From contig JBGSVZ010000092.1 of NCBI GenBank assembly GCA_041752695.1, positions 1 through 64,000 of the forward strand: a DNA stretch of 64,000 nucleotides, in the 5' to 3' direction. The notes below the pieces were generated by a model. It searched no databases and had not been told where the DNA came from. It was given only the letters and a program-made list of their open reading frames with translations. The stretch comes from Terrimicrobiaceae bacterium. Lineage in GTDB: Bacteria > Verrucomicrobiota > Verrucomicrobiia > Chthoniobacterales > Terrimicrobiaceae. The first letter of the stretch is position 1; each line of letters starts with the position of its first letter. The translations under genes and the position numbers were made by a program. Below, piece after piece: positions 1-9,321 of the stretch.

Positions 1-568
1 CGGGCTCGGCTTCGGCGAGGGCGAGGTAGCCGTGACGCACGGCTTCGTAAAAGGCGGGCGGCTCTTCCTCCATCCGGTCGCGCGTGGCGTCGCCGCTCGC
101 ACGGCGCTGGCCGAGGCGGTGCATGGCGGCGGCGGGATTCATGTCGAGCACGAAGGTGACATCGGGCAGGCGGGGACCGGCCGCAAAGAGGTTGATTTGC
201 GCCACAGTTTCCGCGGGGATATTGCGGGCGATGCCCTGATAAACCGTGGTCGAATCGAGGAATCGATCCGAAATGACCACGCGTCCTGCCGCCAGGGCGG
301 GCAGAATGGTCTGGCGCACCAGTTGGGCACGGCTGGCGGCGAAGAGGAGCAATTCCGCCTCGGGCGACATTTCGCGGCCTTCCTCGGCGTGCTGGAGAAG
401 ATGGCGGATGGATTCGCCAATGGGCGTGCCTCCGGGTTCGCGCACCAGCAGGGGGGCGAGGCCCAGTCCCGACAGGGTTTCGAGCAAAAGACGGATCTGG
501 GTACTTTTCCCACAGCCCTCCGAACCTTCGAAGCTGATGAAGAAACCTGTTTGACTCGGCGCGGACAT
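1..568 (-). CDS. tmk: Thymidylate kinase (3' end runs off the window)
   Basis: Manually translated from ATG at 568: MSAPSQTGFFISFEGSEGCGKSTQ...REPGGTPIGESIR...ELLLFAASRAQ...ISDRFLDSTTVYQG. Not in the ORF track because it has no stop inside the window. Confidence 0.93.
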   Translation of the reverse strand, partial: MSAPSQTGFFISFEGSEGCGKSTQIRLLLETLSGLGLAPLLVREPGGTPIGESIRHLLQHAEEGREMSPEAELLLFAASRAQLVRQTILPALAAGRVVISDRFLDSTTVYQGIARNIPAETVAQINLFAAGPRLPDVTFVLDMNPAAAMHRLGQRRASGDATRDRMEEEPPAFYEAVRHGYLALAEAEP

Positions 569-587
569 AGGGAAACTCTCAATTTTG

Positions 588-1661
588 ATGACTGAAGCTC
601 CCGTGCAAAGCAGGAAAATTTGTTTTGTTGATCTTGAGGCCGAGGGGCGCGCTTTTTTTGAAGCGGCGCTGGAGGCTCACGAGGTGGGGTTTTGCCGGGA
701 TCTGGCTTCAGTGCCGAAGGATTGTGAGGTGCTGTCGGTTTTCATCAGCGAACGGATCGACGCCGATTTTCTCGAGGGCCATCCCGCCCTCAAGCTGATC
801 TGCACCCGGTCCACCGGTTGTGATCATGTCGATGTGGAAGTCTGCCGTTCGCGCGGCGTGGTGGTTACCAATGTGGGCAACTACGGGGAGAACACCGTGG
901 CCGAGCACGCCTTTGCGCTCATTCTCGCCCTGGCCCGGCGGCTGCGGGATTCGGAAAATGCCGTGCGGACGGGACACTTCTCCCGCGATCGGCTGCGGGG
1001 TTTTGACCTGCGGGGTCGCACAATGGGAGTGGTCGGAGCCGGTCGAGTCGGCTTGCATGTCATCCGGATCGCGATCGGGTTTGGTATGAAGGTGGTGGCC
1101 TATGATGCCGAGCCGCACGCGTTTTTCAGCGAACTGCTGGATTTTCGTTACGTGCCCTTCGGAGAATTGCTGAGGGAATCTGACGTGGTTACTCTGCATG
1201 TCCCTCTGAATGAATCGACCCGCCACATGATCAACCGCGAGACGCTGGCGATGTGTCGTCCCGGCGTGCTCATCATCAACACCGCGCGCGGTGGCCTGTT
1301 GGATACGGCGGCGGCGGTCGAAGCCCTCGACTCTGGCCATGTCGCTGGCTTGGGACTTGATGTGTTGGAGGATGAACGGATTTTTCAGGAGGGTGGTGCC
1401 ACGCCTTTGCTTGGGCAGAAAATTGCCGAACGGGTGAGGAATGCCACCGTGACTCCGGCTGTCCGCGAAACCACGCCCCAGCGCGTCGCGGAGTTTTCCC
1501 GGCTCGTCTCCCACAGCCAATTGCTGAACCGGCCCAACGTGATTCTGACCCCGCACGTGGCGTTCAACAGCGACGAGGCCGTGCGCTGCCTCAGGGCTGT
1601 GACCCTGGAGAGTATGTTGGATTATTTTGCAGGGAAACCCTTGAAGCACTGCTGCGCATGA
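588..1661 (+). CDS. D-isomer-specific 2-hydroxyacid dehydrogenase (D-lactate dehydrogenase-like)
   Basis: TRSTGCDHVD, GVVGAGRVG Rossmann motif, INTARGGL, GLDVLE, TPHVAF. Confidence 0.9.
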   Translation: MTEAPVQSRKICFVDLEAEGRAFFEAALEAHEVGFCRDLASVPKDCEVLSVFISERIDADFLEGHPALKLICTRSTGCDHVDVEVCRSRGVVVTNVGNYGENTVAEHAFALILALARRLRDSENAVRTGHFSRDRLRGFDLRGRTMGVVGAGRVGLHVIRIAIGFGMKVVAYDAEPHAFFSELLDFRYVPFGELLRESDVVTLHVPLNESTRHMINRETLAMCRPGVLIINTARGGLLDTAAAVEALDSGHVAGLGLDVLEDERIFQEGGATPLLGQKIAERVRNATVTPAVRETTPQRVAEFSRLVSHSQLLNRPNVILTPHVAFNSDEAVRCLRAVTLESMLDYFAGKPLKHCCA

Positions 1662-2065
1662 AATACTGGCTGGTTAAACAGGAACCCACGGCTTACTCGT
1701 GGGAGGACTTTGTCCGCGACGGCAAGACCGCCTGGACGGGTGTTCGTAACTTTCAGGCCCGCAATAATCTCAAGGCCATGGCGAAGGGCGACACGGTTTT
1801 GTTTTACCACAGTGTCGTCGGCAAATGCATCATGGGTGAGGCCGTGGTGGTTCGTGAGGCCTATCCGGATCCCACCGCGAAGGAAGGCGACTGGATCTGT
1901 GTTGATCTTCAGCCCGGCAAGCCGCTGAAGCGCCCGGTCACACTGGAAGATGTCAAGGCCAGTCAGCCGCTGGAGAATCTGGCGCTGCTGCGGCAGTCGC
2001 GTCTCAGTGTGATGCCGGTGACCGCTGCGGAATACCGCGCGATCCTTGCTTTGGCGAAGAACTGA
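1658..2065 (+). CDS. EVE domain protein
   Basis: YWLVKQEP...WTGVRNFQARNNL...FYHS...RQSRLSVMPV; ATGA overlap with the upstream gene. Confidence 0.93.
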   Translation: MKYWLVKQEPTAYSWEDFVRDGKTAWTGVRNFQARNNLKAMAKGDTVLFYHSVVGKCIMGEAVVVREAYPDPTAKEGDWICVDLQPGKPLKRPVTLEDVKASQPLENLALLRQSRLSVMPVTAAEYRAILALAKN

Positions 2066-2107
2066 TTTTCGCTGGCGGAGGGAGGGAAGAAACGCGAGGG
2101 TCTCGCC

Positions 2108-2872
2108 GTGATGACCTACCGCCGGGCCGCCGTGGCCTCCACTTTTTCTCCGACTTTCGCCGCTGTGCTGGCGGAGGCGGGATTTTTTGCCCGGCATTGT
2201 GCAGCCTCGCTGGAGGTCCTCCACGCTTCGACGTACGCTCCGGAAAAGGAGTGCCGGTTTCGCGAAGCCCTCGGCGATGATGTGAAAATCCGCTGGGTGG
2301 AGAAGGAGACGCCGGCTTCGGCGCTGCTTTCGGTGGCGGGCAATTACGAACTCCTCATCGCCGGAGCCTTGCAGCGCGAGGATGGTGCCCGTCCCTACAC
2401 CAGTGGCGTGGCCCGCGATCTCCTGCGCTCCGCGCCGTGTGATCTGCTGCTGGTTCCACGGCCGACGGAACATCCGGGTCCGCCGGATCATATTGTCTTT
2501 GCCTTGGAGCCCGGCGAGGGGAGTAGTGAACTTCTCCTCACCACGGTGGAAAAGCTCCGCCCCAAACGCGCCACTCTCGCCGTCACCCGCACACCCTTCG
2601 CCGCCGCCATTGCCGCCTCTCGGGGCGAGCAACCGACGGACATCGATGCCTGGCTGGAGGACGTCACCGCCTGCCTGGCGGAAAGCGCCGTCGAACTTGA
2701 CGCCCGGATCGTGAACTCCAACACGGGCTACAATCTGTGCGATGCCGTGGAGGGCTTGGAAGCCGACCTGCTGGTCGTGCAGGCCCTGCCGGATGGCGGT
2801 CCGCTGCCGACGCACATGGATTGGCTGTATCAAGTGATTCCGACCAGGCTGCTTGTCGTGCGACAGGAGTGA
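2108..2872 (+). CDS. Universal stress protein (tandem USP-like domains)
   Basis: ELLIAGAL...SGVARDLLRSAPCDLLLVP and ADLLVV...IPTRLLVVR motifs. Confidence 0.7.
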   Translation: MMTYRRAAVASTFSPTFAAVLAEAGFFARHCAASLEVLHASTYAPEKECRFREALGDDVKIRWVEKETPASALLSVAGNYELLIAGALQREDGARPYTSGVARDLLRSAPCDLLLVPRPTEHPGPPDHIVFALEPGEGSSELLLTTVEKLRPKRATLAVTRTPFAAAIAASRGEQPTDIDAWLEDVTACLAESAVELDARIVNSNTGYNLCDAVEGLEADLLVVQALPDGGPLPTHMDWLYQVIPTRLLVVRQE

Positions 2873-2908
2873 AGCGCATCGCCTTCCTTCTGACGAAGCG
2901 CGGGCCGG

Positions 2909-3712
2909 TCAACCCGGTAGTGCCAGCAGCCAGAGTTTTTGCCAGAGCGGCAGGCGGTAGCGTTTCTCGAAGACGCGGAAATTGTCTTTTTCCATGTGAA
3001 CCAGGATTTTCCCGTAGATGGCTCGCATGGCCTCGGCGGGGGCGAGGGCCCGGGCATCGGTGGGGGTGAGGGCAGATCGCGCGGCGGTGAAATATTCGCG
3101 GGCCCGTGCGGCTTCGAACCGCATGAGTTCGCCAAACCGCGGGCCGGGGCGCCCGGCGCGGATATCTTCCGGCCGAATGTCGAAGCGGGCGAGGTCCTCC
3201 ACTGGCAGATAGACGCGGCCGAGGCGGGCGTCCTCGCCGATGTCGCGCAGGATGTTGGTCATTTGCAAGGCGTGGCCCAGTTGCTCGGCGTAGGTTTTGC
3301 TCAGCGGATCGCGACAGCCGAAGATCTCAATGCTCACCAGCCCGACGGCGCTGGCCACGCGCCAACAGTATTGGCGAAGTTCCTCGTAGGTTGCGAAGTC
3401 GCGCGGATGAATGTCTTGCTCAACACCGCGGACGATCTCGATGAGCAGTTCGCGATCGATCGGATGCGCGTGCAGGATTTCCGCGAGGGCGGTGGGCAGG
3501 CCGTGGCCGGTTTGCAGGGCGGTTTTCCAGTGGTCGAGCAACGTTTGTTTCTCCGGGGCGGGACGGGTTTCGTCGTCGGCGATGTCATCGACGACCCGGC
3601 AGAAATTGTAGAAAACCAACGCATGCCTGCGGCGTTCCCGAGGCAGGCGGGCGAGGGCAAAAGCGAGGTTGGATTTTTGCGCGCCCGAGGTGGCGAGTTC
3701 GAGGGCATTCAT
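2909..3712 (-). CDS. hpnD: Squalene/phytoene synthase family protein, HpnD-like
   Basis: SNLAFAL, FYNFCRVVDDIADD, YCWRVASAVG, LQMTNILRDIGEDARLGRVYLP. Confidence 0.75.
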   Translation of the reverse strand: MNALELATSGAQKSNLAFALARLPRERRRHALVFYNFCRVVDDIADDETRPAPEKQTLLDHWKTALQTGHGLPTALAEILHAHPIDRELLIEIVRGVEQDIHPRDFATYEELRQYCWRVASAVGLVSIEIFGCRDPLSKTYAEQLGHALQMTNILRDIGEDARLGRVYLPVEDLARFDIRPEDIRAGRPGPRFGELMRFEAARAREYFTAARSALTPTDARALAPAEAMRAIYGKILVHMEKDNFRVFEKRYRLPLWQKLWLLALPG

Positions 3713-4392
3713 GGGCGGGATTCTCCGGTAAGCCGCCCGTCGGCCAGATGAAGCAGGCGGTGGGCGGCGGGGCGCAGCGTCTCTTCATTTCCCGCCCAAA
3801 GGACACAGAGGCCAAGTTCTTCGGCAGCGCGGCGGGCGAGGGCAAGAAGGGTCTCGTTTTCCCGTGGGGAGATGGCGATCAACACACTGGGCTGATGCAC
3901 GAGGGCCCGGGCCAGTGCGGTGCGGGAGCGAGCGTCCGCGTCGAGGCGGCCGGCGAGGGTGGTTTCCAGGGCGTCGATGCCGCAAAATTCGAGCATCTCC
4001 ATAGTGCGGTCCCGGGCTTCCCGGGCGTCGCCGCCGCAAATGCGAAAGAGGGGCATGGCGACATTTTCTGCGACAGAAAAGGAAGGCAGGAGGCAGGGGT
4101 GGTTAAAGAGAAATCCGAACGTCTCATTGCGCAGTTGCTGGACATCCTCGGGGTTGAGTGGTCCTGTCAGTGTGCCGTTGACTGCGAACGTTCCGGAGTC
4201 CGCGGGTTCCAGCAGACCAAGCACGTTGAGGAGGAGGCCTTTGCCGGATCCATCGGGACCGCAGAACCCGCAGAATTCGCCCGCGGCGAAGGAGGCGCTG
4301 AAGTTTTCAAAGCGTGAGGGCGCGAGGTCGTTCCAGAGATCCCGCCGGCAGGTGAGCGATTCGCCATGCAGGACGGTCGTAAGGGTTTTCAA
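3709..4392 (-). CDS. LolD-like ABC ATP-binding protein with degenerate catalytic motifs
   Basis: GPDGSGKG...LLEPADSG, LRNETFGFLF, SVAENVAMPL, ALARALVHQP. Start inferred at TTG 4392, overlapping the upstream TGA. Confidence 0.75.
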   Translation of the reverse strand: MKTLTTVLHGESLTCRRDLWNDLAPSRFENFSASFAAGEFCGFCGPDGSGKGLLLNVLGLLEPADSGTFAVNGTLTGPLNPEDVQQLRNETFGFLFNHPCLLPSFSVAENVAMPLFRICGGDAREARDRTMEMLEFCGIDALETTLAGRLDADARSRTALARALVHQPSVLIAISPRENETLLALARRAAEELGLCVLWAGNEETLRPAAHRLLHLADGRLTGESRP

Positions 4393-5552
4393 AAGACCAC
4401 CTCCCGGGAGGCGCCTTCGAGGCTGGTGTAAAAACAAACCCAGGCGGCCAGGATCCATCCACCCGCCGCCGAAGCCAAAATTTGCAGGGCCACTGTCCAC
4501 GCGGCCCCTGCCATCGTGCCACCCAGCCAGGCGAGGCCGGCGAACTCCACGGCCTTGATCGTCACCAGCAGCCCGAACGCCGCGAGAAGGAAGGTGCCAA
4601 CAAGCCATCCTTGGTGACGAAGAAAATGGAGATTGGCCACGAAGGCATCGCGCAGGGAGACGTTGTGCAGGGCAAGGCGGATTTGGACCGTGACGCACAA
4701 TATCATGGCCAGAAGCAGGATGGGCCTGGCCAGAAGTTCAACGCGCAGTGCCGCCGGGACACCGGTCAACACGACCTCGAGGAAGAGCGGCAGATGAATG
4801 AACGTGAGTGTGGCCACGATGAGAACGAGCGCCCATTTGATCACGAATCCCAGCCTGCGCACGGCAAAATGTAAGAGACGTTGACGCGGGAAATGCAACC
4901 CCCGCACCCAGCCATAGGCCGTGAGGAGAAGCAAAAGTTGCACGCAGGTGCCGAGCAGATATTCGAAGACAAAGGCCAGGGCGTTAATGGCTGTGCCGAC
5001 CAGCAACACGTCGCGCAGGGAAAAGTGTTTTCCGAATTCCGGTAAAAGCAGCAGCGGGAGGGGTTTCAGCAGGGCGCAGGTGGCGCAGAGAACGAGGAGG
5101 GAAAACAGCAGCCAGCCACGAAGACCAAACCGCCGGGTCAAGGCGCGGCGAAGTTCCGACGAAGCTCCCCGCCAGTTGCACAGGAAGAGCCCGCCAAAAA
5201 CCACAGAGACCGGAAAGGTGGCGGCGAGGCCGTTAAAATTGGCGACCAGCATCTCTGCGGCGGGTAAAAGTGCGGCCGGCATTTGTTCGACGGCCAGGGC
5301 CGGGAGATCGGGAGGCGGGCTGGTGAAGCCAGGGGGCCATCTTTCCTCGAGTCGCCAGCGGAGCAGACCATCGGCCGCGATGTGAAAAAGCGCGTAGCAG
5401 AAGGCAAAGCCGGCAGGAATCTTCCAGAGGCTGGCGTGCCGCATCAGGCACCACCAGCCGTTGCTGTAAGCGCGCCGGACCGGGCCGACCAGGACCGCCA
5501 GCAGCGCGGCGCCTGCGGCGGGCGCAAAGATCCAAGCCAGTGGCAGTGACAC
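4389..5552 (-). CDS. Hypothetical multi-pass membrane protein
   Basis: 387 aa with about 9 hydrophobic segments; translationally coupled to the ATPase-like gene. Confidence 0.75.
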   Translation of the reverse strand: MSLPLAWIFAPAAGAALLAVLVGPVRRAYSNGWWCLMRHASLWKIPAGFAFCYALFHIAADGLLRWRLEERWPPGFTSPPPDLPALAVEQMPAALLPAAEMLVANFNGLAATFPVSVVFGGLFLCNWRGASSELRRALTRRFGLRGWLLFSLLVLCATCALLKPLPLLLLPEFGKHFSLRDVLLVGTAINALAFVFEYLLGTCVQLLLLLTAYGWVRGLHFPRQRLLHFAVRRLGFVIKWALVLIVATLTFIHLPLFLEVVLTGVPAALRVELLARPILLLAMILCVTVQIRLALHNVSLRDAFVANLHFLRHQGWLVGTFLLAAFGLLVTIKAVEFAGLAWLGGTMAGAAWTVALQILASAAGGWILAAWVCFYTSLEGASREVVF

Positions 5553-5617
5553 GCGGGGGAGTGAGACAGAAATTTACGCTGGGAACGAGTTCTTCCTGCG
5601 ATCACATTGGCACGACG

Positions 5618-6205
5618 ATGACGCTGGCGAATAAAATCACCATAACCCGCATCCTGCTCATCCCGGTGTTTATTCTTTTTGCGGTGTATTACGGCCGCGG
5701 GGTCGAGCAGGGTGATCCGGAAGAATGGCAGCGGTGGACGGCCATCAGCGTTTTTATCGTCGCTTCGGTGACAGATTGCCTGGATGGCTGGGTGGCCCGC
5801 CATTGGGAGGAGCGCAGCCGGTTGGGGGCGGTGCTTGATCCCATCGCGGACAAAGGGCTGCTGCTATCCGCCATTATCACCCTGAGCCTCAGCAAATGGA
5901 CGTATGGGTTTCCCCTGTGGTTTCCTGTGCTGGTCATCGCCCGGGACGCCGTGGTTCTCACAGGCTGCGCGTTGGTGAAATATTTCAACGGCCACCTCGA
6001 AGTGCATCCGACCTGGACTGGCAAAATTGCGACGGCCCTCCAAATGGTGGCCATCGCGTGGGTGATGTTGCAAATGCCGCATCATATTTATTCCGTCTAT
6101 GCCGCGGGTTTTTTCACCCTGGTCAGCGGGCTGGGTTATGTTTTCGACGGCGCCCGCCAGCTGAAACATCATGATGAGATCCCGCAGGGCGGGGAGGGAA
6201 AGTGA
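5618..6205 (+). CDS. pgsA: CDP-diacylglycerol--glycerol-3-phosphate 3-phosphatidyltransferase
   Basis: MTLANKITITRI, TDCLDGWVAR...LGAVLDPIADK (CDP-alcohol phosphotransferase motif). Confidence 0.85.
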   Translation: MTLANKITITRILLIPVFILFAVYYGRGVEQGDPEEWQRWTAISVFIVASVTDCLDGWVARHWEERSRLGAVLDPIADKGLLLSAIITLSLSKWTYGFPLWFPVLVIARDAVVLTGCALVKYFNGHLEVHPTWTGKIATALQMVAIAWVMLQMPHHIYSVYAAGFFTLVSGLGYVFDGARQLKHHDEIPQGGEGK

Positions 6206-6263
6206 AAGTGAAGGTGAAAGGGGGCTGCGATTCCCCTTTCCACTTTCCCTTCACCCTTTCACT
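6196..6263. repeat. Short tandem hexamer repeats in inverted arrangement
   Basis: GGGAAAGTGAAAGTGAAGGTGAAAGGGG...CCCCTTTCCACTTTCCCTTCACCCTTTCACT between pgsA and der. Confidence 0.7.
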
Positions 6264-6271
6264 CTACGCGC

Positions 6272-7621
6272 ATGCGTAGTGTTGCCATCGTGGGTCGGCC
6301 GAATGTCGGCAAGTCGGCTCTTTTCAACCGGCTGGCCGGAAAAAAAATCTCTATCGTCCACGACCAGCCGGGCGTGACGAGAGACCGCATAACCGCGGTC
6401 TGCCGACAGGGGAAGGTGCCGTTCGAAATTGTGGACACCGGAGGCATCGGAGCGGACGCCGATCCGGACTTTGCGGAGGCGACGCGCCAGGAGGCGACGA
6501 TCGCAATTGAGTGCGCGGAGGTTTTGCTTTTCGTGGTGGACGGACAAACCGGGGCCACGCCGCTGGACCGCGAGCTGGCGGGGAAGCTGCGCGGTTCCGG
6601 ACGTCCGGTGATTCTCATCGTCAACAAGGTGGATATCGAGGCCCACGAAGGATTTGTCTCCGATTTTCTCAGCCTGGGATTCACCCACATTTTCGGCGCG
6701 AGCGCGGCGCACGGGCGGGGGTTTGAGGAGATTGTGGCGGCGATTGACGGTTTGCTGCCGGAAGAAGATCCGGCGGAGGAAAATCAGGTTGCGCCCCGCA
6801 TTGCCCTCGTCGGACGTCCGAATGTCGGCAAGTCGTCCCTGGTAAACAACATCCTGGGCGACCGCCGCGCCATCGTGAGCGATATCGCGGGAACCACGCG
6901 GGACGCGGTCGATACGGCGTATGAGCGCGACGGTCAGAAGTTTGTCCTCTGCGACACGGCGGGCATCCGGCACCGATCAAGTCACGACACCTCGGTGGAA
7001 GTTTTCAGCGTGATGCGTTCCGAAGATACCATCGAGCGCGCCGACCTGTGTATTCTGGTGATTGATGCGACCGTGGGGGTGACGACGCAGGATAAAAAAA
7101 TTGCCGGACTCATCCAGAAAGCCCGCAAGGCATGTATGATCGTCCTGAACAAATGGGATCTCGTGGCGCAGGGCAAACATGAGCGGGAGCTTCTTAAGGA
7201 ACACACGGAGACGGTTTATCGGGAGCTGTTTTTTCTGACCTACGCTCCAGTGGTGGCGCTTTCCGCCAAGACCGGGGAAAACGTGAAGCGGCTCTTCACC
7301 GTGGTGGAAAAGATGCGGCAGCATGCGACGCGGCGAGCCGGCACGGGGGAGTTGAATCGCTATTTCAAGACCATCATGGACCGCCAGGCTCCGCCGATGA
7401 AAGGGAGCAAACGGTTCAAGTTGCTCTACGTCACCCAGCTCAATCGGCCCGACCCTACGCCCTTTCAGCCGCCGGAATATCTGCTTTTCGTCAACGACCC
7501 GCGGCTTCTGCCGGACAGTTATCTCAATTACCTCTGTGCCCGCCTTCGGGAAAAATGGGAATACCCCGGACTGCCGATTCTCATCCGGCAGCGGGGTCGC
7601 GAGAAGAAGGACGACGAATGA
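6272..7621 (+). CDS. der: Ribosome biogenesis GTPase Der (EngA)
   Basis: Two G domains (GRPNVGKS twice, DTGG/DTAG, NKVD/NKWD) plus a KH-like C-terminus. Confidence 0.97.
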   Translation: MRSVAIVGRPNVGKSALFNRLAGKKISIVHDQPGVTRDRITAVCRQGKVPFEIVDTGGIGADADPDFAEATRQEATIAIECAEVLLFVVDGQTGATPLDRELAGKLRGSGRPVILIVNKVDIEAHEGFVSDFLSLGFTHIFGASAAHGRGFEEIVAAIDGLLPEEDPAEENQVAPRIALVGRPNVGKSSLVNNILGDRRAIVSDIAGTTRDAVDTAYERDGQKFVLCDTAGIRHRSSHDTSVEVFSVMRSEDTIERADLCILVIDATVGVTTQDKKIAGLIQKARKACMIVLNKWDLVAQGKHERELLKEHTETVYRELFFLTYAPVVALSAKTGENVKRLFTVVEKMRQHATRRAGTGELNRYFKTIMDRQAPPMKGSKRFKLLYVTQLNRPDPTPFQPPEYLLFVNDPRLLPDSYLNYLCARLREKWEYPGLPILIRQRGREKKDDE

Positions 7622-7645
7622 AAGCCATTTTTGGTTCGCGGAAAT

Positions 7646-8140
7646 TCAGTTTTCACTCACTCCGAAGCGCTCGTAGGCGGCGCGCGCGACCGGGTTGCGC
7701 AAATCCAGGAGGTCGGATTTGGGCTCTCGGAGGGCGCTGGCCAGATGCACTGGCCACCAGAGGAGGAGAAGCAGAACGAGAAACAGCGGTGTCCAGGCCA
7801 GCCAGCGGCGACGCAGGGCGGTCCAATCAGTCAGGGCTCGCGCACGGAGCAACTCCAGGGCCGCCAGAAGTCCCGCCAGAATCAGACCCCCGACGACCGG
7901 GATGGCCAAGGGATTGAGATAAAAGGCGCGGGCCAAGTCGCCGCAGAGAAACGCCTGGGCAGCGCGGGTGCCGCCGCAGAGCGGGCAGGGCAGGCCGGTC
8001 ACCATGCGGAGGCCGCAGAGGGGCAGGCCAATTTTTCCCAGCGGGGCGAGGGCCAATAGGGTAAGAAATCCGGTAATGAGCACCATTGTCGCCCCACGAA
8101 AGAGCTTCTGGTGACGCAGGAGCGGCGGTTGCGAAGTCAT
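7646..8140 (-). CDS. DUF2752 family membrane protein
   Basis: LCGLRMVTGLPCPLCGGTRA...AFYLNPLA. Confidence 0.8.
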   Translation of the reverse strand: MTSQPPLLRHQKLFRGATMVLITGFLTLLALAPLGKIGLPLCGLRMVTGLPCPLCGGTRAAQAFLCGDLARAFYLNPLAIPVVGGLILAGLLAALELLRARALTDWTALRRRWLAWTPLFLVLLLLLWWPVHLASALREPKSDLLDLRNPVARAAYERFGVSEN

Positions 8141-8155
8141 TGGCCGGCGCGAGAT

Positions 8156-8815
8156 TTACCGGGCAATCACGAGAGTGATCTCGCCTTTGGGAGGGTGACT
8201 TTGAAAATGGCCGAGCAGGTCGGCCGGGCGGCCCCGGCGGAACTCCTCGAATTTTTTACTGAGCTCCCGCGCCACGCACACCAGCCCGTCGGGCTTGATT
8301 TCGGCGAGGACTTCCAGCGACCGCACGATGCGGTGGGGGGATTCGAAATAGATGGAGGTTTCCTCCCGGGCGGCGGCGCGTTCGAGTTCCGAGCGGCGGC
8401 GGCCGCTTTTGACCGGAAGAAATCCTCCAAAATAGAAAGCGTCCGTGGGAAAGCCGGATCCCACGAGGGCGGTCAACACCGCGCTGGGGCCAGGGAGGAC
8501 GGTCACCGGCAATTCCCGTTCCCGGCAGGCCCGGATGAGGCGGAATCCCGGGTCGGAAATTCCCGGCATGCCGGCGTCGGTGATGAGGGCGACGTTGCGA
8601 CCCTGGGCGATGTCTTCCACCAACTGGGCGTTCCGGGTCGCTTCGTTGTGTTCGTGCAGGCTGATCATCGGCCGACTGATCCCGTGATGATGGAGCAGGA
8701 TGCCGGAATGCCGGGTGTCCTCAGCGGCGATTACGTCGGCCGAACGAAGGGCTTCGAGAGCCCGCAGGGTAATGTCCTGCAGATTCCCAATCGGCGTCGG
8801 GACGACGGTAAGCAA
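8156..8815 (-). CDS. rsmI: 16S rRNA (cytidine1402-2'-O)-methyltransferase
   Basis: VPTPIGNLQDITLRA, AAEDTR, DAGMPGISDPG, FESPHR, ARELSK. Confidence 0.95.
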   Translation of the reverse strand: MLTVVPTPIGNLQDITLRALEALRSADVIAAEDTRHSGILLHHHGISRPMISLHEHNEATRNAQLVEDIAQGRNVALITDAGMPGISDPGFRLIRACRERELPVTVLPGPSAVLTALVGSGFPTDAFYFGGFLPVKSGRRRSELERAAAREETSIYFESPHRIVRSLEVLAEIKPDGLVCVARELSKKFEEFRRGRPADLLGHFQSHPPKGEITLVIAR

Positions 8816-8817
8816 AG

Positions 8818-9321
8818 TTACCAGCCCTCGGAAAGGCGCGTGGTCAGCTCGATGGAAAGATCCCTCGCGGCCACGGGGATGGCCTGGCGTTCCGTCGTCT
8901 GCAGATCGTTGTTGGAAAAGAACGAAGCGTCACCGCGAATCCGCCCGCCCATCAGCACGATGCCCGTGACGCGGTCCACCACTTCATAGGTCACTTCCAG
9001 GATGATCTCAAACTCGCTGGTGGCGAGGACGTTGTTCTGCACCGAGCGGAGGGACCGGCGCTCGATGTTCGTGAGCGTGCAGTTGAGAATCGCGTCGGCG
9101 GTATTGTCCGACATGATTGTGTAGGTGCCATCCTGCTGGAGTTGTTTGATCAGCGTGTCGGCCAGAAGGACTTCAACCCGCGGTTCGTAGGTTTTGTTTT
9201 TGAAGGTCGGGACCGCCAGAGTGCGCACCGAGCGCATCGGAGTGGGGCGAATTTCGCCCATTTTGTAACCGCAACCGGCCAGAAAAAACGTGGCGAGGAA
9301 AAGTGGGATGAGGCGCGTCAT
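8818..9321 (-). CDS. lptE: LPS assembly lipoprotein LptE-like
   Basis: Lipobox LAGC followed by GYK; TLAVPTFKNKT; adjacent to bamD. Confidence 0.8.
   Translation of the reverse strand: MTRLIPLFLATFFLAGCGYKMGEIRPTPMRSVRTLAVPTFKNKTYEPRVEVLLADTLIKQLQQDGTYTIMSDNTADAILNCTLTNIERRSLRSVQNNVLATSEFEIILEVTYEVVDRVTGIVLMGGRIRGDASFFSNNDLQTTERQAIPVAARDLSIELTTRLSEGW

Noticed and set aside
32..595. Plus-strand 187-aa ORF and minus-strand 139-582 ORF
   Set aside because: Both are shadows of tmk, which lies in another minus-strand frame.
4393..4698. N-terminal extension of the ABC ATPase-like ORF
   Set aside because: It overlaps the upstream membrane-protein gene and has non-protein-like composition; the TTG at 4392 gives a typical 4-nt overlap.
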